The notes: generated by a model not told the origin, from the letters alone. Shown: positions 18,912-28,676, counted from the first letter of the stretch. The stretch: 58,950 bases of DNA from an uncultured Pseudomonadales bacterium (GCA_964589815.1 CAZPUR010000004.1:1-58950), one strand, 5' to 3'. Program-made: numbers and translations.

Positions 18912-19733
18912 ATGAAAAAGATACTGTTAATTGTAGTCATTTTTATCATTTTAGGAGTTGGTGGTTTTTTTGTTTATAAAAAGGTGATCAGTAGGCCTAA
19001 AGATGAGGCTAGAAAAACCATTACCAGTAAAAAACCGGAGGTTAACCTTTTAGAGCGGGAGAAAAGACCTTATGTGACTCTTATTCCCCGAGCTGATGGC
19101 CGTGAAGTTTCCATGACCATTAATGACCTGAAAAACCAAGAAGAGCTGGTGGAATATGAGCTTGAATATCAAGCCGGCAGTATGCTTCAAGGGGCGGGCG
19201 GCAGAATTGATTTTAGTGAAGAACCGGCGCCGGTGACCAAGAAGCTCTTATTCGGCTCCTGCTCCAAAGGTAAATGTAAATATGACGAAGATGTTTCCGG
19301 AGGCAGTCTGACTTTATACTTTACCGGCCAAGAAGAATATGGTTTGAAAACGGAATTTACTTTAAATAAGATGGAAGATAAAAAAGGTGTTTTTACTTCC
19401 AGAGATGTTAAAACTAGCTTAGATGTGGGAGAAAAGGGTTTAGATAATGATGTTTTTGTGATCGTGGCTTCAACCATGGGGTTGCCTGCCTCGCCGGCAG
19501 GCGGGCCGAGTGAAGTAGGGGGAGAAGTGGTAGCTGGTCCAATTGGATTTTTTACCGCCGAGAAACAGACAATTAAAAAAGCGACCTTGACTTTTAAAGG
19601 CATTAAAGCAGAAGGAAACTTGAAAGTTTTAGGCTGGGACGGAAGCAATTGGCAAGAATATGAGACAAAATTAGAGGATAATACGGCCACTGCCCAGGTT
19701 GACCAATTAGCCACTTTTGTTTTGGTTAAATAA
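18912..19733 (+). CDS. Membrane-anchored hypothetical protein
   Basis: N-terminal TM, long ORF with beta-rich content; no family recognised. Confidence 0.7.
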   Translation: MKKILLIVVIFIILGVGGFFVYKKVISRPKDEARKTITSKKPEVNLLEREKRPYVTLIPRADGREVSMTINDLKNQEELVEYELEYQAGSMLQGAGGRIDFSEEPAPVTKKLLFGSCSKGKCKYDEDVSGGSLTLYFTGQEEYGLKTEFTLNKMEDKKGVFTSRDVKTSLDVGEKGLDNDVFVIVASTMGLPASPAGGPSEVGGEVVAGPIGFFTAEKQTIKKATLTFKGIKAEGNLKVLGWDGSNWQEYETKLEDNTATAQVDQLATFVLVK

Positions 19734-19788
19734 GAGAACAGGAATAACTTTGTCTATATTTTGTATCAGATATGGTAAAATAATTAAT

Positions 19789-20073
19789 ATGGACGAAAAA
19801 AAAGAGATAACTCCCGAAAATTGTCGTTTTCGGGTAACCACTAAACCTCGGGCAGAAGGCACCCTCGGGAACGAAAATATATGTGCTCCAAGCTTTGGCA
19901 GCCAAGGAGGTTTTAGTAGTACTTTAGTCTGTTTGAAGCAAGGAGATGGACAATACGCCCATCTTTGCCCCCTCGAGCAAGCTTTAAAAGCCGACGAGTT
20001 TTTTAGAGAACGGAAATTAGCAGAGTTAGATAAAAGTTTAGCTAGGTTAAAAGATTTAGGTTATATTGATTAG
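19789..20073 (+). CDS. Small Cys-containing hypothetical protein
   Basis: ATG 19789 preferred over upstream TTG; no family recognised. Confidence 0.5.
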   Translation: MDEKKEITPENCRFRVTTKPRAEGTLGNENICAPSFGSQGGFSSTLVCLKQGDGQYAHLCPLEQALKADEFFRERKLAELDKSLARLKDLGYID

Positions 20074-20081
20074 TAGAATTT

Positions 20082-20170
20082 ATGCCTCCACAGCAATTTC
20101 CTGAGCCCACGGTCGGCGCCTTGATTTAGAGCCTTATACCAGGAAAGTAATCAAAGAATATAAAAAATAA
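20082..20170 (+). pseudogene. Internally deleted NUDIX hydrolase remnant
   Basis: MPPQQFPEPTVGALI* fused out of frame to LEPYTRKVIKEYKK*; resembles NUDIX termini with the core missing. Confidence 0.45.
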
Positions 20171-20211
20171 TTATAGTGTCTGAGTTGGCGTGAAAACGCT
20201 AGAACTGCTTC

Positions 20212-20273
20212 TTGACAGTTTCCGTGAAAATATATAAAAATAGATAATAGTGGCATAAAGTGGTGAAAAAGGG
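20212..20273 (+). promoter_or_regulatory. dcw promoter region with MraZ-type repeats
   Basis: ttgaca at 20212; gtgg-N6-gtgg-N6-aggg at 20250-20273 upstream of mraZ. Confidence 0.7.
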
Positions 20274-20298
20274 TGCTTAATCATCCAGAGGACGATAA

Positions 20299-20736
20299 AT
20301 GTTAATTGGTAATTATCAGGGTAAATTAGATTTGGAAAAAGGAAGAACCGCTCTTCCCAAGAAGTTTCGTTCTTTATTGGGCAAAAAAGTAATTATTACC
20401 GCCGGATATGAGAAATCTTTAATGATTATTAGCCTTGACTCTTGGGAGAAAGTCGTCGGTCAGATTGTTAATAAGCCTTTTATTTCTGGTTCTGCCCGAG
20501 AAACTGACCGGTTTTTGCTTGGTTCTGCTTTTGAGGTAGAACTTGATAATCAGGGAAGAATGATTATTCCTGTTTCTTTAAGAAGTTATGCCGCTTTGTC
20601 CGCTGATATTGTTTTTGTTGGCATCGGCAATCGAGTTGAAGTTTGGGATCAGACAGGCTGGGAAAAACACCAGCAATATTTAGATGAAAATATCAGCCAG
20701 ATAAGCGAGAAACTTGATGAAACAGAGAACAAATAG
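20299..20736 (+). CDS. mraZ: Transcriptional regulator MraZ
   Basis: GRTALPKKFR, ELDNQGRMIIP, GIGNRVEVWD. Confidence 0.95.
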   Translation: MLIGNYQGKLDLEKGRTALPKKFRSLLGKKVIITAGYEKSLMIISLDSWEKVVGQIVNKPFISGSARETDRFLLGSAFEVELDNQGRMIIPVSLRSYAALSADIVFVGIGNRVEVWDQTGWEKHQQYLDENISQISEKLDETENK

Positions 20737-21640
20737 GGCTAAAGAGGGCTCGAAACCCTTTCATCAGCCCGTACTTTTAAAAGAAGTAATAGAATTTTTA
20801 AATATCAAACCCGGTGAGGTTTATATTGATGCCACTGTCGGCGGCGGAGGCCACACAGCGGCGATTTTGAAGAAAGGAGGCAGGGTTTTTGGCTTAGACC
20901 GCGATCCTGAAGCAGTAAGTTTTGCTAATCAACGTTTAAAATCTGTCTGCCCTAACGCTGATTATCAAATTGTTCAAGGTAATTTTGTTGATTTAGAAAA
21001 GATTATGGTTAGCCATCAGGTTCAACGGCCGGCTGGAATCCTTTTCGACCTGGGGGTTTCATCCCATCAGTTAGACAAGAAAGAACGCGGTTTTTCCTTT
21101 TCAGCTGAAGCACCCTTAGACATGCGGATGGAACCCTCATTAGCCGTTAAAGCGGCTGACTTAATCAACGGTCTGCATCAAGGAGAACTGGAAAAGCTTT
21201 TTTCCCGCCTGGGTGAAGAACTTTTGGCCGTACCCATTGCTAAAGTGATTGTTCGGGCCCGGAAGAGAGCGGCAATTAAGACTACTAAACAATTGGCCGC
21301 AATCGTCAGCCGAGTTTATCAAAGGAGGTATAGAAGCAAAAGTAGGATTCATCCGGCGACTAAAGTGTTTTTAGCCCTAAGGATTGCGGTTAATGACGAG
21401 CTTAATAATTTAAAAGAAGGTTTAGTTCAGGCAATGAGGGTTTTAAAGAAAAAGGGTCGGTTAGTGGTAATTAGTTTTCATGGCTTGGAAGATAAAATAG
21501 TCAAAGATTTTTTTAAGAAAGGAGGTCAATCAGAATGGTGGGAGATTTTAACCAAAAAACCAGTTGTTCCCCAAGAGGAGGAAATAAAAGACAATCCTCG
21601 CTCTCGCAGCGCCAAGCTGAGAGCCGTGGAAAAAATCTAA
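20717..21640 (+). CDS. rsmH: 16S rRNA m4C1402 methyltransferase
   Basis: HQPVLL, DATVGGGGHT, FDLGVSSHQLD, PLDMRM, HPATKVFLALRIAVNDE, NPRSRSAKLR. Confidence 0.97.
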   Translation: MKQRTNRAKEGSKPFHQPVLLKEVIEFLNIKPGEVYIDATVGGGGHTAAILKKGGRVFGLDRDPEAVSFANQRLKSVCPNADYQIVQGNFVDLEKIMVSHQVQRPAGILFDLGVSSHQLDKKERGFSFSAEAPLDMRMEPSLAVKAADLINGLHQGELEKLFSRLGEELLAVPIAKVIVRARKRAAIKTTKQLAAIVSRVYQRRYRSKSRIHPATKVFLALRIAVNDELNNLKEGLVQAMRVLKKKGRLVVISFHGLEDKIVKDFFKKGGQSEWWEILTKKPVVPQEEEIKDNPRSRSAKLRAVEKI

Positions 21641-21924
21641 CCAAAAGGAAAAAATTGTTTTATTTCATCCCCTTGTTTTTAATGGTTGTTTTAGGTGTGG
21701 CCCAAATATACTTTTCGACGCAATTAGCCACTAAAGGTAAAAAAATCACCACCTTAGAAAAAGAAACGCAAATTTTAGAGGAGGAAAACAAAAATTTAAA
21801 AAGCGAAATTGCCTCTTTTGGCGGCCTAAATAAACTTTTAAGCCTGGCGGCGGAAAAAGGTTTTACTAAAGACTTTCAGATTATTAACTTAAGTAGTAAA
21901 GTTCCTGTAGCCCTGAACCCATAA
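21535..21924 (+). CDS. ftsL: FtsL-like cell division protein (start uncertain, probably downstream)
   Basis: Single TM plus coiled coil, between rsmH and the PBP gene. Confidence 0.6.
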   Translation: MVGDFNQKTSCSPRGGNKRQSSLSQRQAESRGKNLTKRKKLFYFIPLFLMVVLGVAQIYFSTQLATKGKKITTLEKETQILEEENKNLKSEIASFGGLNKLLSLAAEKGFTKDFQIINLSSKVPVALNP

Positions 21925-21928
21925 TTTT

Positions 21929-22018
21929 ATCCCGCAGTCCCGACGTAACGTCGGGGTACGGGATGAAAACTATTACTTTTTAGGAACTGCAGATTTAAAA
22001 AATCTGCAGAGTTTTCAT
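21929..22018. repeat. Two-hairpin element, copy A
   Basis: atcccgca..tacgggat stem, then atgaaaact..ctgcagatt/aatctgcag..agttttcat; second copy at 37273. Confidence 0.75.
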
Positions 22019-23783
22019 GAAAAAGAAATTTACTAACTGGCGACCCCTAGTTTTAGTGGTCGTTTTTTTTATTCTTTTTTTGCTTATTCTGCTGCGTTTA
22101 TTTTATTGGCAGGTTTTAGCCAGCGAAAAACTGCTTCAACTGGCTAAAAATCAATACCATTCTCAAGAAGAAATCATGCCTAATCGGGGAGAAATATTAG
22201 CGACCGACGGCTTTCCCTTGGTGACTAACAAAAAGGCCTATTTACTTTACAGTGCTCTAGGCCAACTGGATAAGCCCAGCGACGAAGTGGCGGAAACCTT
22301 AGCGCCTTTATTAATTGAACCTGAGAATGTTGAAGCCAGTCTGTCAGCTGGAGAAAAAGAAAAATTAACTAAAAATTTGATTAAAGATAAAGAAGAAGAC
22401 TTAAAGACAAAGCTAAGTTTAGACCTTTCCTGGATTATTTTGGAGCATAAACTTTCTGAAGAAATTAAAGAAAAGATAAAGCAGTTGGAAATAACTGGTT
22501 TAGGTTTTGAAAACGAATCAACCAGATTTTATCCTGAAGCTTCAATGGCTGCTCATCTCCTGGGTTTTGTCGGTAAAAATGAGACCGGTTTGGACACGGG
22601 TTATTTTGGACTGGAAGGTTTTTATGATATGGAGCTTAGAGGCAGGCAGGGAGTTCTTATCCAAGAAAAAGACGCCGCCAACAGGCCGATCTTGGTCGGC
22701 TTTTTTTCCACCGAGGAAAAAAAGGACGGCCAAAATTTGGTTTTGCATTTAGACCGAACGGTTCAGTTTATCGTCGAACAAGAATTGGAAAAAGCAGTCA
22801 AAAGATATGGAGCCAAATCTGGCTCGGTCATTATTATGGATCCTAATACCGGTGGGATTATAGCCATGGCCAGCTGGCCTAAATTTGAACCGCAAAAATA
22901 TTTTAAATCGGATAAAACTCTTTTTAAAAATCCTCTTATTTCTGATACCTATGAACCGGGCTCCACTTTCAAAATTTTTGTCATGGCCGCCGCCTTAGAT
23001 AGTGAAGCGGTAGAAAAGGAAACCAAATGTGATGTTTGTGACCACGCCCTGAAAATTGATAAATATGAAATTAAAAATTGGAATGATAAATATCATCCTC
23101 AGTCGACCATGGATGAAATCATCCAGCATTCAGATAATATTGGGATGGTTTTTGTCAGCCGCAAACTGGGTTTAGATAATTTCTTAAAGTATATTAAAGA
23201 TTTTGGTTTTGGTCAGGAAACTAATATTGACCTTCAAGGAGAAGCGGCCAGTCCTTTAAGGCCTGATAATCAATGGAGTGAAGTTGATTTGGCCACGGCT
23301 GCTTTTGGGCAAGGAATCACGGTGACCGGCATCCAAATGGTTCAGGCCTGTAGTGTCATTGCCAACGGCGGCTGGTTAATAGAGCCTCAAGTGGTTAAAA
23401 AAGTCATTTCGGGCAAGGAAGAAATAGAAATGAAAGTAAAAAAAATCAGACAAGTAATTAAGCCTAAAACAGCCAGAATAGTTAAAGAAATGATGGTTCA
23501 AGCGGTGGACAAAGGAGAAGCCAGTTACCTGAAGAAAAAAATACCCGGATTTAAGATTGCCGGTAAAACCGGCACCGCCCAGATTCCGGTGGCCGGGCAC
23601 TATGACGAAGAAAAAACCATTGCTTCATTCATTGGTTTTGCTCCGGCGGATAAACCCCGATTGGTGATGCTGACCAGTCTGCGGGAGCCAGAATCGTCTC
23701 CTTGGGGTTCAGAAACAGCAGCCCCTTTATTTTTTAATATTGCCAAACAACTTTTCCCCTATTATGGCATTCAACCGGAGTAA
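22017..23783 (+). CDS. ftsI: Class B penicillin-binding protein (FtsI-like)
   Basis: EPGSTFK (SxxK), SDN (SxN), GKTGTAQ; N-terminal TM; dcw position. Confidence 0.88.
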   Translation: MKKKFTNWRPLVLVVVFFILFLLILLRLFYWQVLASEKLLQLAKNQYHSQEEIMPNRGEILATDGFPLVTNKKAYLLYSALGQLDKPSDEVAETLAPLLIEPENVEASLSAGEKEKLTKNLIKDKEEDLKTKLSLDLSWIILEHKLSEEIKEKIKQLEITGLGFENESTRFYPEASMAAHLLGFVGKNETGLDTGYFGLEGFYDMELRGRQGVLIQEKDAANRPILVGFFSTEEKKDGQNLVLHLDRTVQFIVEQELEKAVKRYGAKSGSVIIMDPNTGGIIAMASWPKFEPQKYFKSDKTLFKNPLISDTYEPGSTFKIFVMAAALDSEAVEKETKCDVCDHALKIDKYEIKNWNDKYHPQSTMDEIIQHSDNIGMVFVSRKLGLDNFLKYIKDFGFGQETNIDLQGEAASPLRPDNQWSEVDLATAAFGQGITVTGIQMVQACSVIANGGWLIEPQVVKKVISGKEEIEMKVKKIRQVIKPKTARIVKEMMVQAVDKGEASYLKKKIPGFKIAGKTGTAQIPVAGHYDEEKTIASFIGFAPADKPRLVMLTSLREPESSPWGSETAAPLFFNIAKQLFPYYGIQPE

Positions 23784-23799
23784 ATTGATATAATACTTA

Positions 23800-25035
23800 A
23801 TGTTTATGGCAAAGCTATTAAAAACAGTTAGGAACTGCTCCTTTATTTGTCGATTAAGAGGGTTAATCCCCGAAGTTTTAGTCAACTACATTTATCATTT
23901 CCCCCAAGCCTTGTTAGCCATTAGCTATTATGGTTATCCGGCCAAAGATTTAAAAGTGATTGGGGTAACCGGTACGGACGGCAAAACTACCACCGCCACT
24001 TTAATTTATGAGATTTTAAAAAAGGCCGGCTTGAAAACTGCCCTGATTTCCACGGTTTCGGCCAAAATCGGAAGCAAAGATTTACCGACTGGCCTTCATG
24101 TAACTTCACCCCATCCCTGGGAACTGCAAAGACTTTTAAAATTAATCAGAGACAAAGGATTTAAGTATCTGGTTTTAGAAACCACCTCTCATGGTCTGGA
24201 GCAATTCAGGCTTTTGGGAGCCAATTTTTACATTGGTTTAATTACTAACGTTACTCATGAGCATTTAGACTACCATAAGACTTTTAAAAACTATCTCAAA
24301 GCCAAAGCCAAACTTTTTAAAAAGACTAAATTCAGCGTTTTAAATCAAGATGATAGCTCTTTTGCTCCGCTCAAAAAAGTGGCGTCAGGTAAAATCATTA
24401 GTTATGGCCTAAAAAGCGGTGATTATCATCTCAAAAACTTTGCTTTTAAAACCAGACTTTTGGGAGAATACAATTTATACAACTGTTTGGCCGCCATTAG
24501 CGTCGCTAAAACCTTAGGCATCAAAAATGAGGTTATTCGTCAAGTAATCGCCGATTTTAAAGGGATGATTGGCCGCATGGAGGAGATAAAAACCAATAAA
24601 GGATTTAGGGTTTTTGTTGACTTTGCCCACACGCCCAATGGGCTTAAAAATGCCCTAAAAACCCTTAAAAGCCTAAAACCTGAGCATCTAATGGCTGTTT
24701 TTGGTGCCGCCGGATTAAGGGACCGAACGAAAAGACCTTTAATGGGGCAAGTTGCCTGTCAACTGGCTGATAAAGTGATTTTAACTGCCGAAGATCCGCG
24801 AACAGAAGCAGTTAATCAAATTATTAAGGCAATAGCTAGCGGTTGCAAGAGCCAGGATAAGATTATTAAAGAACCAGACAGGCAGAAGGCGATTAATTTA
24901 GCCCTTAAAATGGCCCAGAAAGGCGATATTGTTGGTATTTTTGGCAAGGGCCATGAACAATCTCTGTGTTTTGGGACCCAAGAATACCCCTGGTCAGACC
25001 AGGAGGCAGTTAAAAAAGCCCTGAAGAAAAAATAA
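23800..25035 (+). CDS. murE: UDP-MurNAc-dipeptide amino acid ligase MurE
   Basis: GVTGTDGKTTT, ETTSHGL, HEHLDYH, VDFAHTPN, GAAGLRD, EDPR, GKGHE. Confidence 0.92.
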   Translation: MFMAKLLKTVRNCSFICRLRGLIPEVLVNYIYHFPQALLAISYYGYPAKDLKVIGVTGTDGKTTTATLIYEILKKAGLKTALISTVSAKIGSKDLPTGLHVTSPHPWELQRLLKLIRDKGFKYLVLETTSHGLEQFRLLGANFYIGLITNVTHEHLDYHKTFKNYLKAKAKLFKKTKFSVLNQDDSSFAPLKKVASGKIISYGLKSGDYHLKNFAFKTRLLGEYNLYNCLAAISVAKTLGIKNEVIRQVIADFKGMIGRMEEIKTNKGFRVFVDFAHTPNGLKNALKTLKSLKPEHLMAVFGAAGLRDRTKRPLMGQVACQLADKVILTAEDPRTEAVNQIIKAIASGCKSQDKIIKEPDRQKAINLALKMAQKGDIVGIFGKGHEQSLCFGTQEYPWSDQEAVKKALKKK

Positions 25036-25036
25036 A

Positions 25037-25654
25037 ATGAATTTTCCCTTAATTGACCAATTTTTTAACCTTAAAGACTTCCGTCATCAAAGTCTTTTTA
25101 AGAAGATTAAATATCCCTGGGAGATTTTAAAAAGACTTGACCAATATGTCTCCGAGTTTTTAAAAGAAAAAAAGAAAAAAGACGTTTTTATTGGTCAAGG
25201 AGTCAAAATTGATGAGTCAGCCAGAATCAAAGGGCCGGTTCTAATTGGTAAAAATACGGTTATTGGTTTTGGAGCTCTACTAAGAGGGCCTCTTATTATT
25301 GGTGACAACTGCATCATTGGTAGGAGCGAGATTAAACATTCGATTCTTTTAAATCAGGTTTTCGCGGAGCACTTTAATTATATTGGCGACAGCATTATTG
25401 GTAACAAAGTTAATTTTGGGGCCGGAACAAAAGTGGCCAATTTAAGATTTGACTGGCAGAATATTAAGATTGACTATCAAGAGAAAAAGATTGACACCAG
25501 TTTACAAAAATTAGGGGCTATTATTGCTGATGGTTGCCAGCTGGGTTGTAACTCAGTTTTGAATCCAGGCACAATTTTAGGTAAAAAATGTTCTGTTTAC
25601 CCTTTAGTTTCGGTTAAAGCCGGAGTTTATAAAGATAATTCGATAATTAAATGA
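25037..25654 (+). CDS. Stand-alone LbH acetyltransferase (GlmU C-terminal-like)
   Basis: Hexapeptide repeats, HFNYIGDSIIG, NFGAGT, KLGAII. Confidence 0.75.
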   Translation: MNFPLIDQFFNLKDFRHQSLFKKIKYPWEILKRLDQYVSEFLKEKKKKDVFIGQGVKIDESARIKGPVLIGKNTVIGFGALLRGPLIIGDNCIIGRSEIKHSILLNQVFAEHFNYIGDSIIGNKVNFGAGTKVANLRFDWQNIKIDYQEKKIDTSLQKLGAIIADGCQLGCNSVLNPGTILGKKCSVYPLVSVKAGVYKDNSIIK

Positions 25655-25690
25655 GAGGAATGATAAAATAATAACTGCCCTGAAGGGAGA

Positions 25691-26440
25691 ATGATGAATT
25701 TCAAGAATATGGCCGCCATTGTTTTGGCGGCGGGTAAAGGCACCAGAATTAATGCCAAAGAGATCAATAAAGTGATGTATCCCTTGGCCGGGAAGCCGAT
25801 GCTTTGGTATACCATTAATCTTTTAAAAAAAGTGGGTTTCTCAAAGATTATTATTGTGGTAGGGTTTTTAAAAGAATCAATCATTAATTATTTTGGTAGG
25901 AAAGATTTCATCTACGCGGAACAAAGAAAAAGGCTGGGGACAGCTCATGCGGTCAAAACCGGCCTTAAAAAAATACCTTCAGGAATTAAAAATGTTTTAG
26001 TTCTCCATGCGGATGATTCAGCTTTTTATCCAGTAAAGGTGATTAGAAACATGATTAATCAACATCTAAGAAAGGGAAATGACTTAAGCTTTCTAACGGT
26101 GGAAATAAAAAATCCAAACATTGCCAGAGTGATTAGAGATAAAAAAGGAAAAGTTTTGGGGATAGTTGAACAGCAAAATCTCAAGCCTGGTCAGGAAAAA
26201 TTTAAAGAAATCAATTGTGGTTGTTATTGCTTTAAAATAGAATTTTTGAAAAAATTTCTGCCTCAAATTAAAAAGAACTCTCTAACTAAAGAATATTATT
26301 TGCCTTTATTAATTGATTTAGGTATCCAAAATAAGGCAAAGGTGAGGGCTTTTAAAATGAATAAATCCGATTACTGGCATGGAATTAATACTAGAGGAGA
26401 ATTGCAAAGAGCAGAAGGAGTAATGCGGAAAAATGTTTAA
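25691..26440 (+). CDS. Stand-alone nucleotidyltransferase (GlmU N-terminal-like)
   Basis: LAAGKGTR, QRKRLGTAHAV, EINCG, EYYL, GINTR. Confidence 0.82.
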   Translation: MMNFKNMAAIVLAAGKGTRINAKEINKVMYPLAGKPMLWYTINLLKKVGFSKIIIVVGFLKESIINYFGRKDFIYAEQRKRLGTAHAVKTGLKKIPSGIKNVLVLHADDSAFYPVKVIRNMINQHLRKGNDLSFLTVEIKNPNIARVIRDKKGKVLGIVEQQNLKPGQEKFKEINCGCYCFKIEFLKKFLPQIKKNSLTKEYYLPLLIDLGIQNKAKVRAFKMNKSDYWHGINTRGELQRAEGVMRKNV

Positions 26441-27197
26441 GAAGTACCTTAAGTTTAAGAATCTCAGTAAACAAAAAAAATTAGTTCATGGGATTTTTGA
26501 TAAAAATTTTGGCAATTTAAGTCTGAAATATGGGAGCAAGAAAGAAGTAGAAAAGAATAAAAAAAATGTAGCTAAAATTTTAAACATTAATGGACAAAAA
26601 ATCTTTTCTCTTAACCAAATTCATAGCAGTAAAGTTAAAATAATTAAAAAGGATAAAAATTTCTTAAAAGAAGAAAAAGCAGATGCTTTAGTTACCAATC
26701 AGAGGGACATATTTTTAATGATTAAAACCGCCGATTGTTTTCCGGTTTTGATGTTTGATCCCAGGCAAGAAGTAATGGCCGCAATTCACGTTGGTTGGCG
26801 CGGAGCGATCGAAAAAATCTTTTTAAACGTCTTACTGAAAATGATAACCAATTTTAATTGCCGGCCTCAAGACATATTAGTAGCCATCGGTCCGGGCATG
26901 GGCCCCTGTTGTTTTAAACATAGACATTTAATTCAGGAAAAACTACCTGACTGGCAAGAATTCATTAAGGTAGATAAGAATGATTGGAGAACCTTAAACC
27001 TTAGGAAATTTATTGAAGATAAATTAATTGAGGCGGGGATTAGGAAAAACAATATCGAAACAATGGATATCTGTAATAGTTGCAATGCGACCCCGAACAA
27101 TAAATATTCGGGGCAAAGGTTTTTTTCCCATTTACGTAGTTTAAATACGGGTGAGCCAGAAGGCCGTTTTGCCACCATTATTGGTTTAAATGATTGA
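26433..27197 (+). CDS. pgeF: Peptidoglycan editing factor PgeF/YfiH family
   Basis: QIHS, ADALVT, TADCFPV, HVGWRG, IGPG. Confidence 0.88.
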   Translation: MFKKYLKFKNLSKQKKLVHGIFDKNFGNLSLKYGSKKEVEKNKKNVAKILNINGQKIFSLNQIHSSKVKIIKKDKNFLKEEKADALVTNQRDIFLMIKTADCFPVLMFDPRQEVMAAIHVGWRGAIEKIFLNVLLKMITNFNCRPQDILVAIGPGMGPCCFKHRHLIQEKLPDWQEFIKVDKNDWRTLNLRKFIEDKLIEAGIRKNNIETMDICNSCNATPNNKYSGQRFFSHLRSLNTGEPEGRFATIIGLND

Positions 27198-28641
27198 TCT
27201 AAAGAAAATTAAAAAAATTCATTTTACCGGCATTAAAGGTGTGGGTTTAACCGCCTTGGCCTTGGTGGCTAAAGATATGGGTTTTAAGATTTCTGGTAGT
27301 GATGTGGCCGAATCTTTTGTGACTGATGAAGCATTGAAGAAAGCAGGCATTAAGACTCAAATTGGTTTTAATGAGAAAAGAATTAAGGATGCAGATTTGG
27401 TGATTTTTTCTGCCGGTCATGGTGGATCGGAGAATATTGAAGTTCAATCAGCTAGAAAACAGGCAATTCCGATTTTATCTCATGCTCAGGCTTTGGCTTT
27501 GCTGGTAAAGTCAAAAAAAGCCATTTGTGTGGCTGGGGTGGGAGGGAAAACCACGACTTCTTCGATGATTGCTACCGTTTTCCAAGTGGCTGGGGTTCAT
27601 CCCAGTTATGCCATTGGCGTGGGTGGGATTAGACCTTTAGGCCTACCGGCAAAATTTGACAAAAAAGGTAAATATTTTGTGGCCGAGGCGGATGAATATT
27701 TTTCTCCACCCCCAGACTCTAAACCTAAATTTTGGTATCAAAATCCTTTTGTAGCCGTAATTACCAATCTAGAATATGATCATCCTGATGTTTATAAAAA
27801 CCTGGAACATACTTTAAAAGTTTTTGCTAAATTTATTGAAAGGACGCCAAAAGAAGGTTTGGTTCTAGTTTGTATTGATAATCCCAATACAGAAAAGCTA
27901 ATTCAATTTTGGCCAAAGACCAATCGTCCTTTGGACGAAATTAAAGTACCAATTAGTACCTATGGTTTTTCCAGAAAAGCTGATTGGCAAATTACTTTAA
28001 TTGATAAAAGTGAAGAAAAAATCAGTTTTAACTTAAAGTATAAGAATAAAGTTTTCAAGAATATCGAGTTAAATATTCCAGGAGAGTTTAATGTTAGAAA
28101 TGCGGCGGCCGCTTTTGCTGTCGGCCGCTTTTGCGGCATTAGCCCCAGAAAAATCAGGGAAGGGTTAAAGGCCTTTAAGGGTACCCAAAGAAGATTTGAG
28201 CTTATTAGGGAAATCAAGGGGATTAAACTTTATGATGATTATGCTCATCATCCAGTCCAAATAAAAGCAACTCTAAAAGGAGCCAGAGACTGGTTTGGTA
28301 AGAAAAGAATTATCGTTGTTTTCCAACCCCACACTTATAGCCGCACTAAAGCCTTATTAAAAGAATTCAGTTTGGCTTTTAATGAGGTTGACTTAGTAAT
28401 TATTACTGATATTTATGCTTCGGCTCGAGAAAAAGATAATCCTACCATTTCAGGAAGGCTGTTAGCTAAAAAAATAAAAGAACATCAGGCCAATGTGGTT
28501 TACCAGGGTGGGGAGAAAGAAGTGGCCAGTTATTTAGGAAAAATAGCTAAAAAAGGAGATGTAATTTTTACTTTAGGAGCCGGAGATATATTTAAGTGGC
28601 ACAACTCAATTGCAAAAGCAATTGAGAGAAATCAGAAATAA
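27190..28641 (+). CDS. murC: UDP-N-acetylmuramate--L-alanine ligase
   Basis: HFTGIKGVGL, GVGGKTTT, EADEY, YDHPD, RRFE, DDYAHHP, FQPHTYSRT. Confidence 0.96.
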   Translation: MIDLKKIKKIHFTGIKGVGLTALALVAKDMGFKISGSDVAESFVTDEALKKAGIKTQIGFNEKRIKDADLVIFSAGHGGSENIEVQSARKQAIPILSHAQALALLVKSKKAICVAGVGGKTTTSSMIATVFQVAGVHPSYAIGVGGIRPLGLPAKFDKKGKYFVAEADEYFSPPPDSKPKFWYQNPFVAVITNLEYDHPDVYKNLEHTLKVFAKFIERTPKEGLVLVCIDNPNTEKLIQFWPKTNRPLDEIKVPISTYGFSRKADWQITLIDKSEEKISFNLKYKNKVFKNIELNIPGEFNVRNAAAAFAVGRFCGISPRKIREGLKAFKGTQRRFELIREIKGIKLYDDYAHHPVQIKATLKGARDWFGKKRIIVVFQPHTYSRTKALLKEFSLAFNEVDLVIITDIYASAREKDNPTISGRLLAKKIKEHQANVVYQGGEKEVASYLGKIAKKGDVIFTLGAGDIFKWHNSIAKAIERNQK

Positions 28642-28676
28642 GTTCATTAGGTTATTAAGTTATTAGCAATTAAGGG

